In this document: positions 24,534-34,458 of the stretch, one piece after another | Position numbering within the stretch: position 1 is the stretch's first letter | How the letters are laid out: each line of letters starts with the position of its first letter | From: a virus | Lineage: Duplodnaviria; Caudoviricetes | IMG/VR virus record: IMGVR_UViG_3300017648_000007 | Location: 1 to 40,402 of that record | Reading direction: 5' to 3' (one strand) | Length of the DNA: 40,402 nucleotides | Translations under genes and position numbers: made by a program | The notes under the pieces: generated by a model | Database searches by the model: none | The model's input: the letters and a program-made list of their open reading frames with translations, nothing else | What the model was told of the DNA's origin: nothing

Positions 24534-25211
24534 ATGGCCAAGTCACACCTGATGGTCATGGATGACAACGGAGTGTGGGTGCCGCTCCGACAGAGCCTGT
24601 TGGTTCGCATCGCCCGGAATACCGGGTCAGCGGCCAAGCCTGAGAACGAAGTGACGCCGGTTGTCAGCGGTGCACCGCCGATGGTCGGAACGGTCCTCTC
24701 AGTATCCAACGGCATTTGGTATTCGGTCGAGGACATCACGGGTTATGCGTACCAGTGGAAGCGCGACGGCTCGAACATCTCGGGTGCCACGGGCAAGACG
24801 TACACGCTCGCGGCTGCTGACGTTGGCAAATCGGTCTCCTGCGCGGTCACGGCGACGAACACGACTGGTTCCACGGCTGCGGACTCCAACGCCATCGGCC
24901 CGATTGGCAGCGCTCCGGTTAACACCGTGGCACCAGCCATCACGGGAACCGCGACGGAAGGCGAAACGCTCACGGCCTCTGACGGCACGTGGCAGGGCTA
25001 TCCGGTGCCGACACTCACCTATCAGTGGTTCCGCAGCTCTGAGGCGATCGTAGGCGCCACCGACGCCACCTACGAGCTCACAACCGATGACGTTGGCGAG
25101 ACGATCACTGTCACCGTCACGGCGATGAACCTGTTTGGCACGGCCAGCGAAACCAGCGCGGCAACTGCCGAGGTTGAGCCAGCCGAAGAAGAAGAGGGTG
25201 TCGAAGAGTGA
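24534..25211 (+). CDS. Two-Ig-like-domain virion protein (decoration?)
   Basis: Repeated P..SG...G..L....G.W...Y(A/T)YQW.R....I.GAT..TY.L...DVG. Confidence 0.8.
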   Translation: MAKSHLMVMDDNGVWVPLRQSLLVRIARNTGSAAKPENEVTPVVSGAPPMVGTVLSVSNGIWYSVEDITGYAYQWKRDGSNISGATGKTYTLAAADVGKSVSCAVTATNTTGSTAADSNAIGPIGSAPVNTVAPAITGTATEGETLTASDGTWQGYPVPTLTYQWFRSSEAIVGATDATYELTTDDVGETITVTVTAMNLFGTASETSAATAEVEPAEEEEGVEE

Positions 25212-25531
25212 CGCGGCGGCTGCTCGAATACGACCCTTTCCGTGGGCTCAGGATCGACTTCGAGGCAGACGGCGATCAATTCCACCTGCACTACACGCAG
25301 GACGTTGAGCCGGTCCTTGAAGAGAACAAGGCCAAGCAGAACGCGGGCCGGGACTACTACGCCAAAGACCCGGACATGTGGAAAATCGCATCCATCCCGG
25401 TCACGGTCCAATACGAGTGGATCAGGCGTTATGGCCGCGATCCTCTTAAATCCGAAAACCACGATTTGTTGCGCCGTCTCCTGAACGATCCGGAGTGGCG
25501 TTATTTGCGAACTTCGGAGGTCATAGTCTGA
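25208..25531 (+). CDS. Hypothetical virion/assembly protein
   Basis: QDVEPVLEENK...IASIP...LLNDPEWRYLRT; post-capsid position. Confidence 0.75.
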   Translation: MTRRLLEYDPFRGLRIDFEADGDQFHLHYTQDVEPVLEENKAKQNAGRDYYAKDPDMWKIASIPVTVQYEWIRRYGRDPLKSENHDLLRRLLNDPEWRYLRTSEVIV

Positions 25532-25761
25532 TGACGGAAAAGAAAACGGTGCGGAAGGCCAAGGCGAAAGCCGCCGCTCCCGCCCCGGTCGGTGACGACA
25601 CGGCCAAGCCAGTCCGATCGACCAAGCGCACGGTGGCGTGGACCGCCCTCGGTGAGGAACAGCGGGCACATTCCGAGCACGGTATGCACGTAGCAGGCGA
25701 GATCGTTGAAACCGATTTCGCTGACGTCCTGATCGAACGCGGCTTTGCGGAAGAGGTCTGA
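25531..25761 (+). CDS. Hypothetical protein
   Basis: GGAGG RBS, TGATG coupling, ends ADVLIERGFAEEV. Confidence 0.7.
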   Translation: MTEKKTVRKAKAKAAAPAPVGDDTAKPVRSTKRTVAWTALGEEQRAHSEHGMHVAGEIVETDFADVLIERGFAEEV

Positions 25762-25763
25762 TC

Positions 25764-26396
25764 ATGGCCCTTGGCACTCTTGGCGAACTGCGGACGGAAG
25801 CCCTGGGACCGCGCACGGACCTTGTTGCGCGCTTCCCGGCTATGGTCGCACTCGCAGAACAGCGCATGTTCTACGGCGAAGGCGACGTGCCGCCGCTCAG
25901 GGTGCTGCCTATGGAGGCATCGGAGGACCTGTCCTTTACGGACGGTGAAGCCGATCTGCCGGCCGATTTCCTCGACAAGCGCGCTCTGTATTGGGAAGGG
26001 GCTTACACGGCTTCGCTCAGCTACGAGCCGCCGAGTGTGTTCTATCCGATGGGCTATCAGCGCCGTGGCGGATCCATGCCTATGGCGTACACCATCGAGG
26101 GCAACACGGTGAAGATTTCGCCAGCCCTGACGGGTGACGCCAAGCTGCTCTACTACCAGCGGCCGTTGACGCTTTCCGATGGCGGCGACAGCACCACGAA
26201 CGACATTCTGAAGAAGTGGCCCGGTGTCTATTTGCACGGGACGCAGATCGAGCTTTATCGCATCACGCGGAACAATGACGAACTGGCCAAGTCTTTGCAG
26301 ATGTACGCGGCTTCTGTACGGGCAGCGAACATTCAGCAGATGACGGCCCGCAGCGTTGGCGGTCCAATGAAGCGCCGCGCAGGATTCCCCGTATGA
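25764..26396 (+). CDS. Head-tail adaptor (podovirus)
   Basis: Size, position, LPADFL...TNDILKKWPGVYLHG motif. Confidence 0.75.
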   Translation: MALGTLGELRTEALGPRTDLVARFPAMVALAEQRMFYGEGDVPPLRVLPMEASEDLSFTDGEADLPADFLDKRALYWEGAYTASLSYEPPSVFYPMGYQRRGGSMPMAYTIEGNTVKISPALTGDAKLLYYQRPLTLSDGGDSTTNDILKKWPGVYLHGTQIELYRITRNNDELAKSLQMYAASVRAANIQQMTARSVGGPMKRRAGFPV

Positions 26397-27868
26397 GACA
26401 GAAGAGCCCGCTGGCATTTGCGGCATGGGAGCCAGACAAGTCGGCTATTGCTGGCGCTGCGGCAGAAGCCAAGGGCGTTGTGTCGATTGGCGGCAGGTAC
26501 GCCCCTGACCAGTCATTCAAGCCTTTGAAGCCCGGCGCTGCTATCGGTGACAGGGCTTTGGGTGGACGGGGTTTCTACGAGGGTGGCACAACGGCGCGGA
26601 TCTTCGTTGGTGATGCTGCAAGGCTCTATGAGCTGCAGGCCCGTGTGCCGGTCGATATTTCACGCATTGGTGGCTACACCGCAAACCCGGATTGGGGCTG
26701 GTCGTTCGAGCAGTTTGGCGAACACATCATCGCCACGGCACGCGGCCTCGATCAGCTGCAATATTTCACGCTCGGTTCGTCGGCAACGTTCGAGGACATC
26801 GACACGGGGCCGGGACCGGCAGACACAGTGTTCCGCATCCGTGAGTTCCTGTTCACCGGGCGCGGCGTCACGCTGCGCAACTGCGCATTTAACAATTTCA
26901 CGGACTGGGAGCCTGACAGCGGCACGCAGGCCACGATCTTTGACCTGCCGGGATCAGGCGGCGATATCGTATCCGGCGTCGGCGGCCAGTTCGGCTTGGT
27001 GTTCCAGGAACGCAAGGTGCACCGGCTGACCTATCAGGGATCGTCTGGTGCTCCGTTCCAGCGCGACGAGATCGAGGATAAACGCGGGGCTCTCGGGCCT
27101 CACGCTGTGACGAGGTTTGGCGCCTATACGTTCTTTGCCAGCGATGACGGGATCAGGGTCACGGACGGCTCAGGGCCGTCGGAGGGCATTGGCGAAGGCA
27201 AGATTGATCGATATTTCGCGAGCCGTCTGAACTACGTGCAACGGCACCGGGTGACGATGGCTGTTGACGTGCAGAACCGTCTGCTGCGCATCGCCTTCCC
27301 TGCCGGCGGGTCGGATCGCTGCAATGAACTGCTGACCTACTCGATGGCAGATGGCCGCTGGACGCATGACGATTGCGAGCTTGATTACCTGTTCGAGTCG
27401 CCGCGCCCCGGCGTTGCCATCAACGACGACGAGGCAATCGCCGCCATAGCCGGTTCGAGCATCATCGACGAGGTGGATATCCCCGTAGACTCGCTGGCAT
27501 GGCGTGAAAGCCGCAAGCAGGTCATGGGCGTTGGCTGGACGGGTGAGGTCGGCACGTTCGAGGGTGAAAACCGCCCTGCAGTCATCGAGACGGGCTTTGC
27601 CGAGGTGCTTCCGGGCCGCATGGGCCTTGTTACCGAGGTTTGGCCTTTGATCGACGCTGAAAACGTGTCGGTGCAGATCACGACGAAGCTTAAGAGGCTG
27701 TCGGATCAGACAGTCAATCATCCGGTGATTGCAATGAACGCCGATGGAATTTGCCCGGTGTTGGTTGAGGCGCGCTGGATCAGGGTGCAGACGCATATCC
27801 CGCACGGCGCGGACTGGACCGAGGCATCGGGCATAGACTGGGACGCAGGGGGCGCTGGTGAGCTTTGA
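26393..27868 (+). CDS. Tail nozzle/hub (P22 gp10-like)
   Basis: 491 aa, beta-rich; FAAWEPD, WSFEQFG; follows the adaptor. Confidence 0.75.
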   Translation: MRQKSPLAFAAWEPDKSAIAGAAAEAKGVVSIGGRYAPDQSFKPLKPGAAIGDRALGGRGFYEGGTTARIFVGDAARLYELQARVPVDISRIGGYTANPDWGWSFEQFGEHIIATARGLDQLQYFTLGSSATFEDIDTGPGPADTVFRIREFLFTGRGVTLRNCAFNNFTDWEPDSGTQATIFDLPGSGGDIVSGVGGQFGLVFQERKVHRLTYQGSSGAPFQRDEIEDKRGALGPHAVTRFGAYTFFASDDGIRVTDGSGPSEGIGEGKIDRYFASRLNYVQRHRVTMAVDVQNRLLRIAFPAGGSDRCNELLTYSMADGRWTHDDCELDYLFESPRPGVAINDDEAIAAIAGSSIIDEVDIPVDSLAWRESRKQVMGVGWTGEVGTFEGENRPAVIETGFAEVLPGRMGLVTEVWPLIDAENVSVQITTKLKRLSDQTVNHPVIAMNADGICPVLVEARWIRVQTHIPHGADWTEASGIDWDAGGAGEL

Positions 27869-28817
27869 AAACGTCCCGTTCCCTACTGGTCAATCGAACC
27901 AGCAGCTTTACGCATGGGGCACGAACCTAACGTCGCAACTGCGGCGCATCCTGCAGGCTGTCTCGACGGGCGGTGGCGGCGACATCTCCGACCTGGAACA
28001 GGCCGTTCAGGAGCTCCAGAACGTAACGCAGCCGCTCACGCCGCAGTTCTACAGCGAGCACGAACTGATCACGGCCGGAGAGGATGTCAGAAACTCGCTT
28101 GCAGAGGTCGCCAGCCGCCAACAGACGCAGCTAGAGCTAAACGCACAGGCGACGATAAAGGCCGCCATAGAGGCTCACAGAGGCTCTACGGGCATACGTA
28201 CTCAGGTCACGGTCAATGAGGGCGTTGCGCAGGTCCTGAACGAGGTCATGGCCTCGCTGGGCGTGACTGGCGCCAGCCTCACGGAGCTCCGGCAGGCCAT
28301 CGCGACGGGTGATGCGGCTTCGACCAGCTACATCATCGCTGCAGCCAGCCAGGTTGCGGGCAACATCGCGGAAATTCAGATCATCGCGAGTTCGGTTGAC
28401 GGCATCGCCTCTCGATTTGGCGTGATGCTGAACAGCCAGAACGAGGTGATCGGCGCAATCCAGCTGGACGGCACACCGGCAGGCTCCACGTTCACGGTAG
28501 CGGTTGATCAGTTCAGGGTTTCCAAGGCTGGAACGGCGGGGGGCGACGCTGTTCCGGTGTTCGCCATTCAGACGGTCGGCGGAACACCCAAGATCGCTCT
28601 TGTTGGCGACATGATCGCGGATGGCACAATTACGGCGCGGCACATTTCGGTCGGTAGTCTTTCGGCAATCAGCGCCGACATCGGCACGGTGACGGCTGGG
28701 CTTATCCGAGATGCGGCGAATACCATCCGGTTCGACCTCGACAACATGCGCATCTACCGGACTGATGGGAAGATGGACATGGACTTCAAAAACCTTCGTT
28801 TCAGGATGGGGTCATAA
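27858..28817 (+). CDS. Tail tip/fibre protein with TipJ C-terminal (DUF1983-like) region
   Basis: Coiled coil then FTVAVDQFRV...PVFAIQ...DGTITARHISVGSLSAISADIGTVTAG. Confidence 0.65.
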   Translation: MSFENVPFPTGQSNQQLYAWGTNLTSQLRRILQAVSTGGGGDISDLEQAVQELQNVTQPLTPQFYSEHELITAGEDVRNSLAEVASRQQTQLELNAQATIKAAIEAHRGSTGIRTQVTVNEGVAQVLNEVMASLGVTGASLTELRQAIATGDAASTSYIIAAASQVAGNIAEIQIIASSVDGIASRFGVMLNSQNEVIGAIQLDGTPAGSTFTVAVDQFRVSKAGTAGGDAVPVFAIQTVGGTPKIALVGDMIADGTITARHISVGSLSAISADIGTVTAGLIRDAANTIRFDLDNMRIYRTDGKMDMDFKNLRFRMGS

Positions 28818-29302
28818 TGCCGATCTGGTTTGACGCTGACGGGCAGAACGCCCGCGTTGCGATCTATACGGGCAACGATGATGCGCCTCTGCATAACCCG
28901 ACGGCATACATCGGAACCCGGACGAAGTTTCACACGAGCTTCAACTATATCCCGTTCGTGCCTGCCAAGAAGATCACGGCGTCCGTGAGCATCCCGGCGA
29001 ACTATAATGATGGCGCGCGCGGCCCATTGCGCAGGACGATCAATCTGGGCGCTCATGGGGTGGCTGGCGTTCCCTTCATTTACGGGTTTGCGATGGTTGG
29101 CGGAGTGGCCCGGCCATTGTGCGGCACGGTGCCTGTCCGTGTGACAACGTCCGGCGACGACACCATAAATGTCGTGCACTGGACCCTTGGCGTGAACAAC
29201 ACACACGTGTTCATCAGCGAAGGCCGTAACAGGCCTGGGATCGGCAGCGGCGCGATCAATGTAAATGTAGAAGTCTACATCTCAGACAAGGTTGTCCTTT
29301 AG
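28817..29302 (+). CDS. Hypothetical tail protein
   Basis: TAATG coupling, beta-rich, 161 aa. Confidence 0.7.
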   Translation: MPIWFDADGQNARVAIYTGNDDAPLHNPTAYIGTRTKFHTSFNYIPFVPAKKITASVSIPANYNDGARGPLRRTINLGAHGVAGVPFIYGFAMVGGVARPLCGTVPVRVTTSGDDTINVVHWTLGVNNTHVFISEGRNRPGIGSGAINVNVEVYISDKVVL

Positions 29303-29572
29303 ATGGTGGACTATATCGATATTCAGGAAAACTACATCGTGGCTGGCGATTACGATAGCCGCAAGCGGTACATCCGCAAGGGTGTTGGCGCGTCACTTGC
29401 TGTTTGTTCCGGAGTGACCTGGGAGGTCTCGAACTGGCCGACCGATATCGCCGCTCACCCTGCGTGCGGATGGAGATGGAGCCTCGGGCCACGCGGCAGT
29501 GCGAGTTTCCGACAGGCCAGCCAGGCTGTGCCAGCGCCCTCTCCGCTTCAAGTGACGACCTGCAAGATATGA
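29303..29572 (+). CDS. Hypothetical tail protein
   Basis: Starts immediately after the previous stop. Confidence 0.6.
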   Translation: MVDYIDIQENYIVAGDYDSRKRYIRKGVGASLAVCSGVTWEVSNWPTDIAAHPACGWRWSLGPRGSASFRQASQAVPAPSPLQVTTCKI

Positions 29573-30066
29573 TCGAGAACAAGGACGGCATTCTCCGCAT
29601 CACGGATGGGGGTGCGGAGGTCTACAACTCGTCAACCGACGAGCTCCTCCATTATCTGCCGCCTCGCATAGACGGGAGCGTGAGCCGGGACAGTGTAAAC
29701 TGGCCGGGGGGGACCGCGTGGGAGCGCCGCGATGCTGACATTCTGCTCGGGACCGTCCCGGCGGTTGCGAGTGACCTCGTCGGCCTCGTGCGGGTGCAGT
29801 ACGACACCGGCTATACGCACCTTCCGCCGAATGCCTGGTACGTGGCTGGCGGCTCGTTCCTGCTGGTCTTCAAGACGTTCCAATCCCTCAGCGGCACATG
29901 GGCCAACTACGTCTCCTCGGTGGCGGCGGTGACGATTTACAAGAGCGGAAACCAGCTGCGGTTCCAGGAGCGCATCCGCCTTCTAGATCACTATATGGCG
30001 GGGCCAAACCTGAACCTTGCCGGTTACACCCTGACCTATCGGCTCTATCCGGCCGTTTTCAGCTAA
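29569..30066 (+). CDS. Hypothetical tail protein
   Basis: ATGA overlap; MIENKDGILRITDGG... Confidence 0.7.
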   Translation: MIENKDGILRITDGGAEVYNSSTDELLHYLPPRIDGSVSRDSVNWPGGTAWERRDADILLGTVPAVASDLVGLVRVQYDTGYTHLPPNAWYVAGGSFLLVFKTFQSLSGTWANYVSSVAAVTIYKSGNQLRFQERIRLLDHYMAGPNLNLAGYTLTYRLYPAVFS

Positions 30067-30081
30067 ATCCCAAGGACAGTC

Positions 30082-31671
30082 ATGACAGCTTGGTATCGGC
30101 ACGGCACGGCGACCGTATCTAACGGCTCGACGACGGTAACGCTTTCTGTGGGCGCGACGGCTTTGAATTCCGTGCGTCCCGGCGATGCGCTCGTGATTGG
30201 CATGTTTACGCCCGTAGAGATTGCATCGGTCACGGACAACCGCACGGTAGAGCTGCGGAAGGCATGGCCCAACGCCAATCAGAGCGGCGCGGACTATGGG
30301 ATCATCCCCGGCGCAGCTTGGAACAGCACGGCGACCCTTGCGCTTGAGGTCAGCGAGTACCTTTCTGCGATCTCCGGCATCATAAATTCAGCCTCTTCGC
30401 TGACGGTCGGCATGGGCCTGCAAACGCTGCAAGTGCCTGCAAACCTTCGTCTCAGCGTCGGGGCCTACGTGCGGATTTCCGACACTGCCAATCCGACAAC
30501 GAGGTTCATGGCTGGCACGGTCACGGGCTACGCGGGAACAACGCTATCAGTTGAGGTTGACCGTGTAGAGGGCACCGGCACCGCGTCAACCTGGAATGTC
30601 AACCTTGCCGGTGAGCCGGGGCCAGCGGGCCCGAAGGGCGATCAGGGCGATCCGGGACCCAAGGGTGATAAAGGCGATAAGGGGGACAAGGGTGATCAGG
30701 GCGATCCCGGCCCCAAAGGTGACAAGGGCGACGTAGGCGAGCCGGGTGGCCCGGTCGATATCGTAGGTTATCCCGAGGAAACCGATCCCGCTCCTGCGGA
30801 TCTATTTCTCATGCAGCGCGCGAGCGACAACGCCTTCCGCAAGATCAAGGCGGAGAACCTGCCAGGGAGCGGCGGGGGCGGCGGCGGGCGCGAGCTTCTG
30901 ACCGGTCCGCGTTCCTACTACGTCAACGGAACAACCGGTTCGGACAGTAACGATGGTCTGACCAGCGGCACGGCTTTCGCCACCATCCAGAAGGCTGTGG
31001 ATGCCGCGGCAAGCCTCGATCTCGGAATCTTCGATGTCACCATCAATGTTGCAAGCGGCACGTATCCGGAAAGCGTAGTACTCAAACACCTGATAGGGGC
31101 CGGAAGTTGCTACATCGTGGGTGATGAGGGGACGCCAGCGAATGTCCAGATCACGCCGCCAAATGATGGCTGCTTCGTTGCGCCTTCCATCTACTGCACA
31201 TACTACACCCGGGGTATGAGGCTCGCCCCGGTTTCTGGTGCTGGGGTGTCCGTGCCCGGTCCCGGTAAAGTCGTCGTGCGCAATGTGCTGATGGCGGCCG
31301 CGGTGGCTCACTTCACCGCCACGTCGGGTGGGGAGATAGAGATTGACGGCAATTACTCCGTATCGGGTGGCGCGACGTACCATTGGCTCGCTTCCGGGGG
31401 GACCATCCGGACGGGGTCTCCGACAATCACGTTTACTACCAGCGGCATTACATTTGGCACCACCGGATCGTCCGGCTTCGCATGCGCTATCCGCGGCGGT
31501 GCTGTGCTCGCCTTTTCGCAAACGGTCAGCTTCATTGGAAAGGGCAATGTCACCGGCGGCAGGCGCTACTTCGCTTCAGGTGCCAGCGTTGTGGACAGCA
31601 ACGGCGGGGCAGCGGACTTCTTCCCGGGTTCGGTAGCGGGGTCCACGGGAGTTGGAGGCTTCTATGTCTAA
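30082..31671 (+). CDS. Tail fibre / receptor-binding protein with collagen-like segment
   Basis: WYRHGTATVSNGSTTVT N-terminus, Gly-X-Y repeats, YYVNGTTGSDSNDGL...FATIQKAVD beta-helix-type C-terminus. Confidence 0.85.
   Translation: MTAWYRHGTATVSNGSTTVTLSVGATALNSVRPGDALVIGMFTPVEIASVTDNRTVELRKAWPNANQSGADYGIIPGAAWNSTATLALEVSEYLSAISGIINSASSLTVGMGLQTLQVPANLRLSVGAYVRISDTANPTTRFMAGTVTGYAGTTLSVEVDRVEGTGTASTWNVNLAGEPGPAGPKGDQGDPGPKGDKGDKGDKGDQGDPGPKGDKGDVGEPGGPVDIVGYPEETDPAPADLFLMQRASDNAFRKIKAENLPGSGGGGGGRELLTGPRSYYVNGTTGSDSNDGLTSGTAFATIQKAVDAAASLDLGIFDVTINVASGTYPESVVLKHLIGAGSCYIVGDEGTPANVQITPPNDGCFVAPSIYCTYYTRGMRLAPVSGAGVSVPGPGKVVVRNVLMAAAVAHFTATSGGEIEIDGNYSVSGGATYHWLASGGTIRTGSPTITFTTSGITFGTTGSSGFACAIRGGAVLAFSQTVSFIGKGNVTGGRRYFASGASVVDSNGGAADFFPGSVAGSTGVGGFYV
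30610..30753 (+). repeat. Collagen-like Gly-X-Y repeat, 16 triplets
   Basis: GEPGPAGPKGDQGDPGPKGDKGDKGDKGDQGDPGPKGDKGDVGEPGGP. Confidence 0.95.
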
Positions 31672-32062
31672 TCCGTTCGATCATTATTGGCTTGTCGATG
31701 AGCGCCCGGGTGAGGTCTACGCCAGCGCCCGCCAGCAGTATGTGCCGGACACTGACCCCGATTATCTCGCCCGAGCCGCCGATCCAGTGAGCCCACCGTC
31801 AAGGGTGGCAACGGAAGAGGAGCTTGTCGAGGTTCTGCGCCGCTTTGGTGTTCCGCCATATCACCAGGTGTCCACATTCACGCTCGTGGGGAGATTAGAC
31901 GCTGCGGGACTTTTGGCGCTTGCGGAGGCAGCTCTTGATCAGGACCCAAGCCAGAAGTGGCGCTTCAGCCAAGCAACCTACGTCGATGCGGATCACCCCG
32001 AGGTTATCGGACTGCTGACAGCAATCGGGGCGAATGTCGCCGAAATGCTAGCCCCGGAATAG
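31664..32062 (+). CDS. Tail fibre-associated protein/chaperone
   Basis: GGAGG RBS; directly follows the fibre gene. Confidence 0.65.
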   Translation: MSNPFDHYWLVDERPGEVYASARQQYVPDTDPDYLARAADPVSPPSRVATEEELVEVLRRFGVPPYHQVSTFTLVGRLDAAGLLALAEAALDQDPSQKWRFSQATYVDADHPEVIGLLTAIGANVAEMLAPE

Positions 32063-32064
32063 GC

Positions 32065-32115
32065 AGGGACCCGATCCCGAGCGATTACACCGCAGACGCG
32101 TACTGGCAGGTCTAG
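32065..32115 (+). pseudogene. 3' remnant of a former tail-fibre chaperone gene
   Basis: Reads RDPIPSDYTADAYWQV-stop with no start; resembles PIPADY..D.YW C-termini of fibre-associated proteins. Confidence 0.5.
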
Positions 32116-32130
32116 GGGCCAACAACTCAC

Positions 32131-32580
32131 ATGCTGACACGGCACAGCGACCGCTCCAACCGGGGCGGCGAACACACTGTCACGTTCTTCATAGACGCAG
32201 AGCACCGGCACTGGTCACAGGCCCGCCCTTGGCTGGAGAAGGCCTGCAACGAGGCTGACGGGTGGTGGACCATAGAGGCGCTGGAACAGCTTCTGAGGGA
32301 CGGCAAGGCGCTGTTGTGGGTGCTGGCGCAGGACGGGGAGCCGATAGCGGCTGTTGTCACCACGCTTTGCGACTGGGACGGGCGGGAAGTCGCGGAAATC
32401 CTTGTAACGGGCGGGACGGGAATTCTCGCAGGTATCGCGGACCACTTCTGGAAAATCGAGCACTGGGCCAAGTCCCACGGCGCTCGCGAGATCATGCTTC
32501 GCGGCCGGCGGGGCTGGGTGAAAGCCCTGAAATCACGAGGCTATGACGAAATAGCCGTTACTCTCAGAAAGGCATTGTGA
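32131..32580 (+). CDS. GNAT-like protein preceding ejection genes
   Basis: IEHWAKSHGAREIMLRGRRGWVKALKSRGY; usual position in P22-like phages. Confidence 0.7.
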   Translation: MLTRHSDRSNRGGEHTVTFFIDAEHRHWSQARPWLEKACNEADGWWTIEALEQLLRDGKALLWVLAQDGEPIAAVVTTLCDWDGREVAEILVTGGTGILAGIADHFWKIEHWAKSHGAREIMLRGRRGWVKALKSRGYDEIAVTLRKAL

Positions 32581-33395
32581 TGGGCGGCAAATCCACGACG
32601 ACAAGCACGCAGACGAATGACCCGTACAAGCAGGTTGCTCCGGTGATTCAGCAAGGCTCGGGCATCATGCAAAGCTACCTGAACGACCCGGCGTCAAATG
32701 CCGTGTATTCAGGCCCTCGGGTGGCTGACTTGTCCAGCGACACGCAGGCAGGCCTTGACCTGATGCGGCAGTCCGGCGGGGCCAATCAGGCCTACGACTT
32801 CTATTCCAACCTTCTCAACTCCGGCGCGGGCACAATGAACCCTCAGGTTCAACAGATGCAGGACGCTATTCGGCGTCAGGTGCAGGCGGCAACTAACGCG
32901 CAGTTCTCAAATGCCGGGATGGTTGGCGGAACGGCGCATCAGGAAAGCTTCGCCAAGGGTCTCGCAGACGGTCTCGCACAGCCTTTGTTCGCGGCCTATG
33001 AAAATGACATGGCCCGCCGCATGGGAGCCGCTACAGGCATCATGGGGGCCGATCAGCAGCGCATCGGCAATCAGCTCGGGGCCGGCGAGATCATCGACAG
33101 CCACAATCAGGCACGGATCAACGCGGACCGCGAACTGTTCGAGGAACAGCGCACGGCACCGCTTAGAGCTTGGTCCGAGGTCTACCCGATGGCAAGCGAC
33201 CTTGGCTCGCGGTTTGGCTCGTCAACGCAGACGCAGACGCAGAAAACGCCACTGGCGCAGCAGATCGCAGGCGGCGCGATGATGGGCGTTGGGCTGATGT
33301 CCGGAATTCCCGGTGTAGCGGCAGGGGCAGGGAACCTTTTGCAGGGCGCTCCGTGGTCCTACGGGTCATCGTGGGCTCCGTGGGTGAAGGGGTAA
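32577..33395 (+). CDS. DNA ejection protein (P22 gp7-like)
   Basis: MGGKSTTTSTQT N-terminus, G/A/Q-rich. Confidence 0.7.
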   Translation: MMGGKSTTTSTQTNDPYKQVAPVIQQGSGIMQSYLNDPASNAVYSGPRVADLSSDTQAGLDLMRQSGGANQAYDFYSNLLNSGAGTMNPQVQQMQDAIRRQVQAATNAQFSNAGMVGGTAHQESFAKGLADGLAQPLFAAYENDMARRMGAATGIMGADQQRIGNQLGAGEIIDSHNQARINADRELFEEQRTAPLRAWSEVYPMASDLGSRFGSSTQTQTQKTPLAQQIAGGAMMGVGLMSGIPGVAAGAGNLLQGAPWSYGSSWAPWVKG

Positions 33396-33399
33396 CGAC

Positions 33400-34458
33400 A
33401 TGAGACGCGGTTTACTCGATCAGGGCGAGCAGCCCATGGGCCTCATGGGTGGCCTTCAGAACGCCTTTGAGAACCCTCTGACCTTGGGTGGCCTTAGCCT
33501 CCTGTCCGGTGGTGGATGGGGCGGCGCGTTTCAGGGCATGCGCACCGGTGCAGGGATGCAGGACCGCCGCCGGGAACAGGAGCTGCAGGCGCAACAGCAG
33601 CAGCAATTCCGCTCTGCTCTGGACGCCCTCGGGGAAATGCCTCCCGCTGAACGGGCGCTTCTGGAGGCGGCAGGAGTCAACTCAGCACCGGCGTTCCTGA
33701 AACACCTCATGGACCAGCGCGACCCGGCTCGGCAGCTGGAAATGGAATACAAGCGGGCGCAGATCGCGAACCTGCAACGACAGGCGCAGGCCGGGCCGGA
33801 CAACCCGTCGAGCGTTCGGGAATGGGAATACTACAATAGCCTATCGCCGGAGGATCAGCGCCGCTATCTCGGCATGAAGCGTGCACAGCAGTTCCTCGAC
33901 ACCGGCACCGGCTTTGTGCCTGTCGATCCCACCTCGCCGGGTGGAACCGGACCAGTCATCGAGAAGAATTTGTCGGCTGCCGAGCGGGAAAAAGCGGCTG
34001 GCAGAGTAGAGGGCCAAGCCGAGGCGGAAGCCCGCGTAAATCTCGGGACCGCGCTCGAAAAGGCCGATCAGTCGATCGCGCTGATCGACCAGATGCTGGC
34101 CCACCCCGGCCTGTCTACAGCAACAGGTCTTAGTGGCGTTCTTGATCCGCGGAACTACATCGCCGGAACGGACGCGACAAACTTCAACGTAATGCGCAAG
34201 CAGCTGGAAGGAAGGGCCTTCCTCGAAGCGTTTGAAAGCCTAAAGGGCGGCGGCCAGATCACGGAGGTTGAGGGCCAGAAGGCAACGGAAGCGATTGCTC
34301 GCCTGAGCACGACCCAATCGACCAGCGAATACAAGAAGGCACTGAATGAACTGAAGGACATCCTGCGGCAGGGCAAGGCGCGGGCAAGGCGAGCTGCTGG
34401 CGCGTCTCCAGGAAGCAGCGCAGCCCCATCAGGCTGGCAGATGAAGAGGGTTGATTGA
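33400..34458 (+). CDS. DNA ejection protein (gp20-like)
   Basis: PSSVREWEYY, AFESLKGGGQITEVEGQKAT; position. Confidence 0.7.
   Translation: MRRGLLDQGEQPMGLMGGLQNAFENPLTLGGLSLLSGGGWGGAFQGMRTGAGMQDRRREQELQAQQQQQFRSALDALGEMPPAERALLEAAGVNSAPAFLKHLMDQRDPARQLEMEYKRAQIANLQRQAQAGPDNPSSVREWEYYNSLSPEDQRRYLGMKRAQQFLDTGTGFVPVDPTSPGGTGPVIEKNLSAAEREKAAGRVEGQAEAEARVNLGTALEKADQSIALIDQMLAHPGLSTATGLSGVLDPRNYIAGTDATNFNVMRKQLEGRAFLEAFESLKGGGQITEVEGQKATEAIARLSTTQSTSEYKKALNELKDILRQGKARARRAAGASPGSSAAPSGWQMKRVD

Noticed and set aside
30082-31671. Diversity-generating retroelement or invertible fibre cassette
   Set aside because: No RT, no TR/VR duplicate noticed, no invertase
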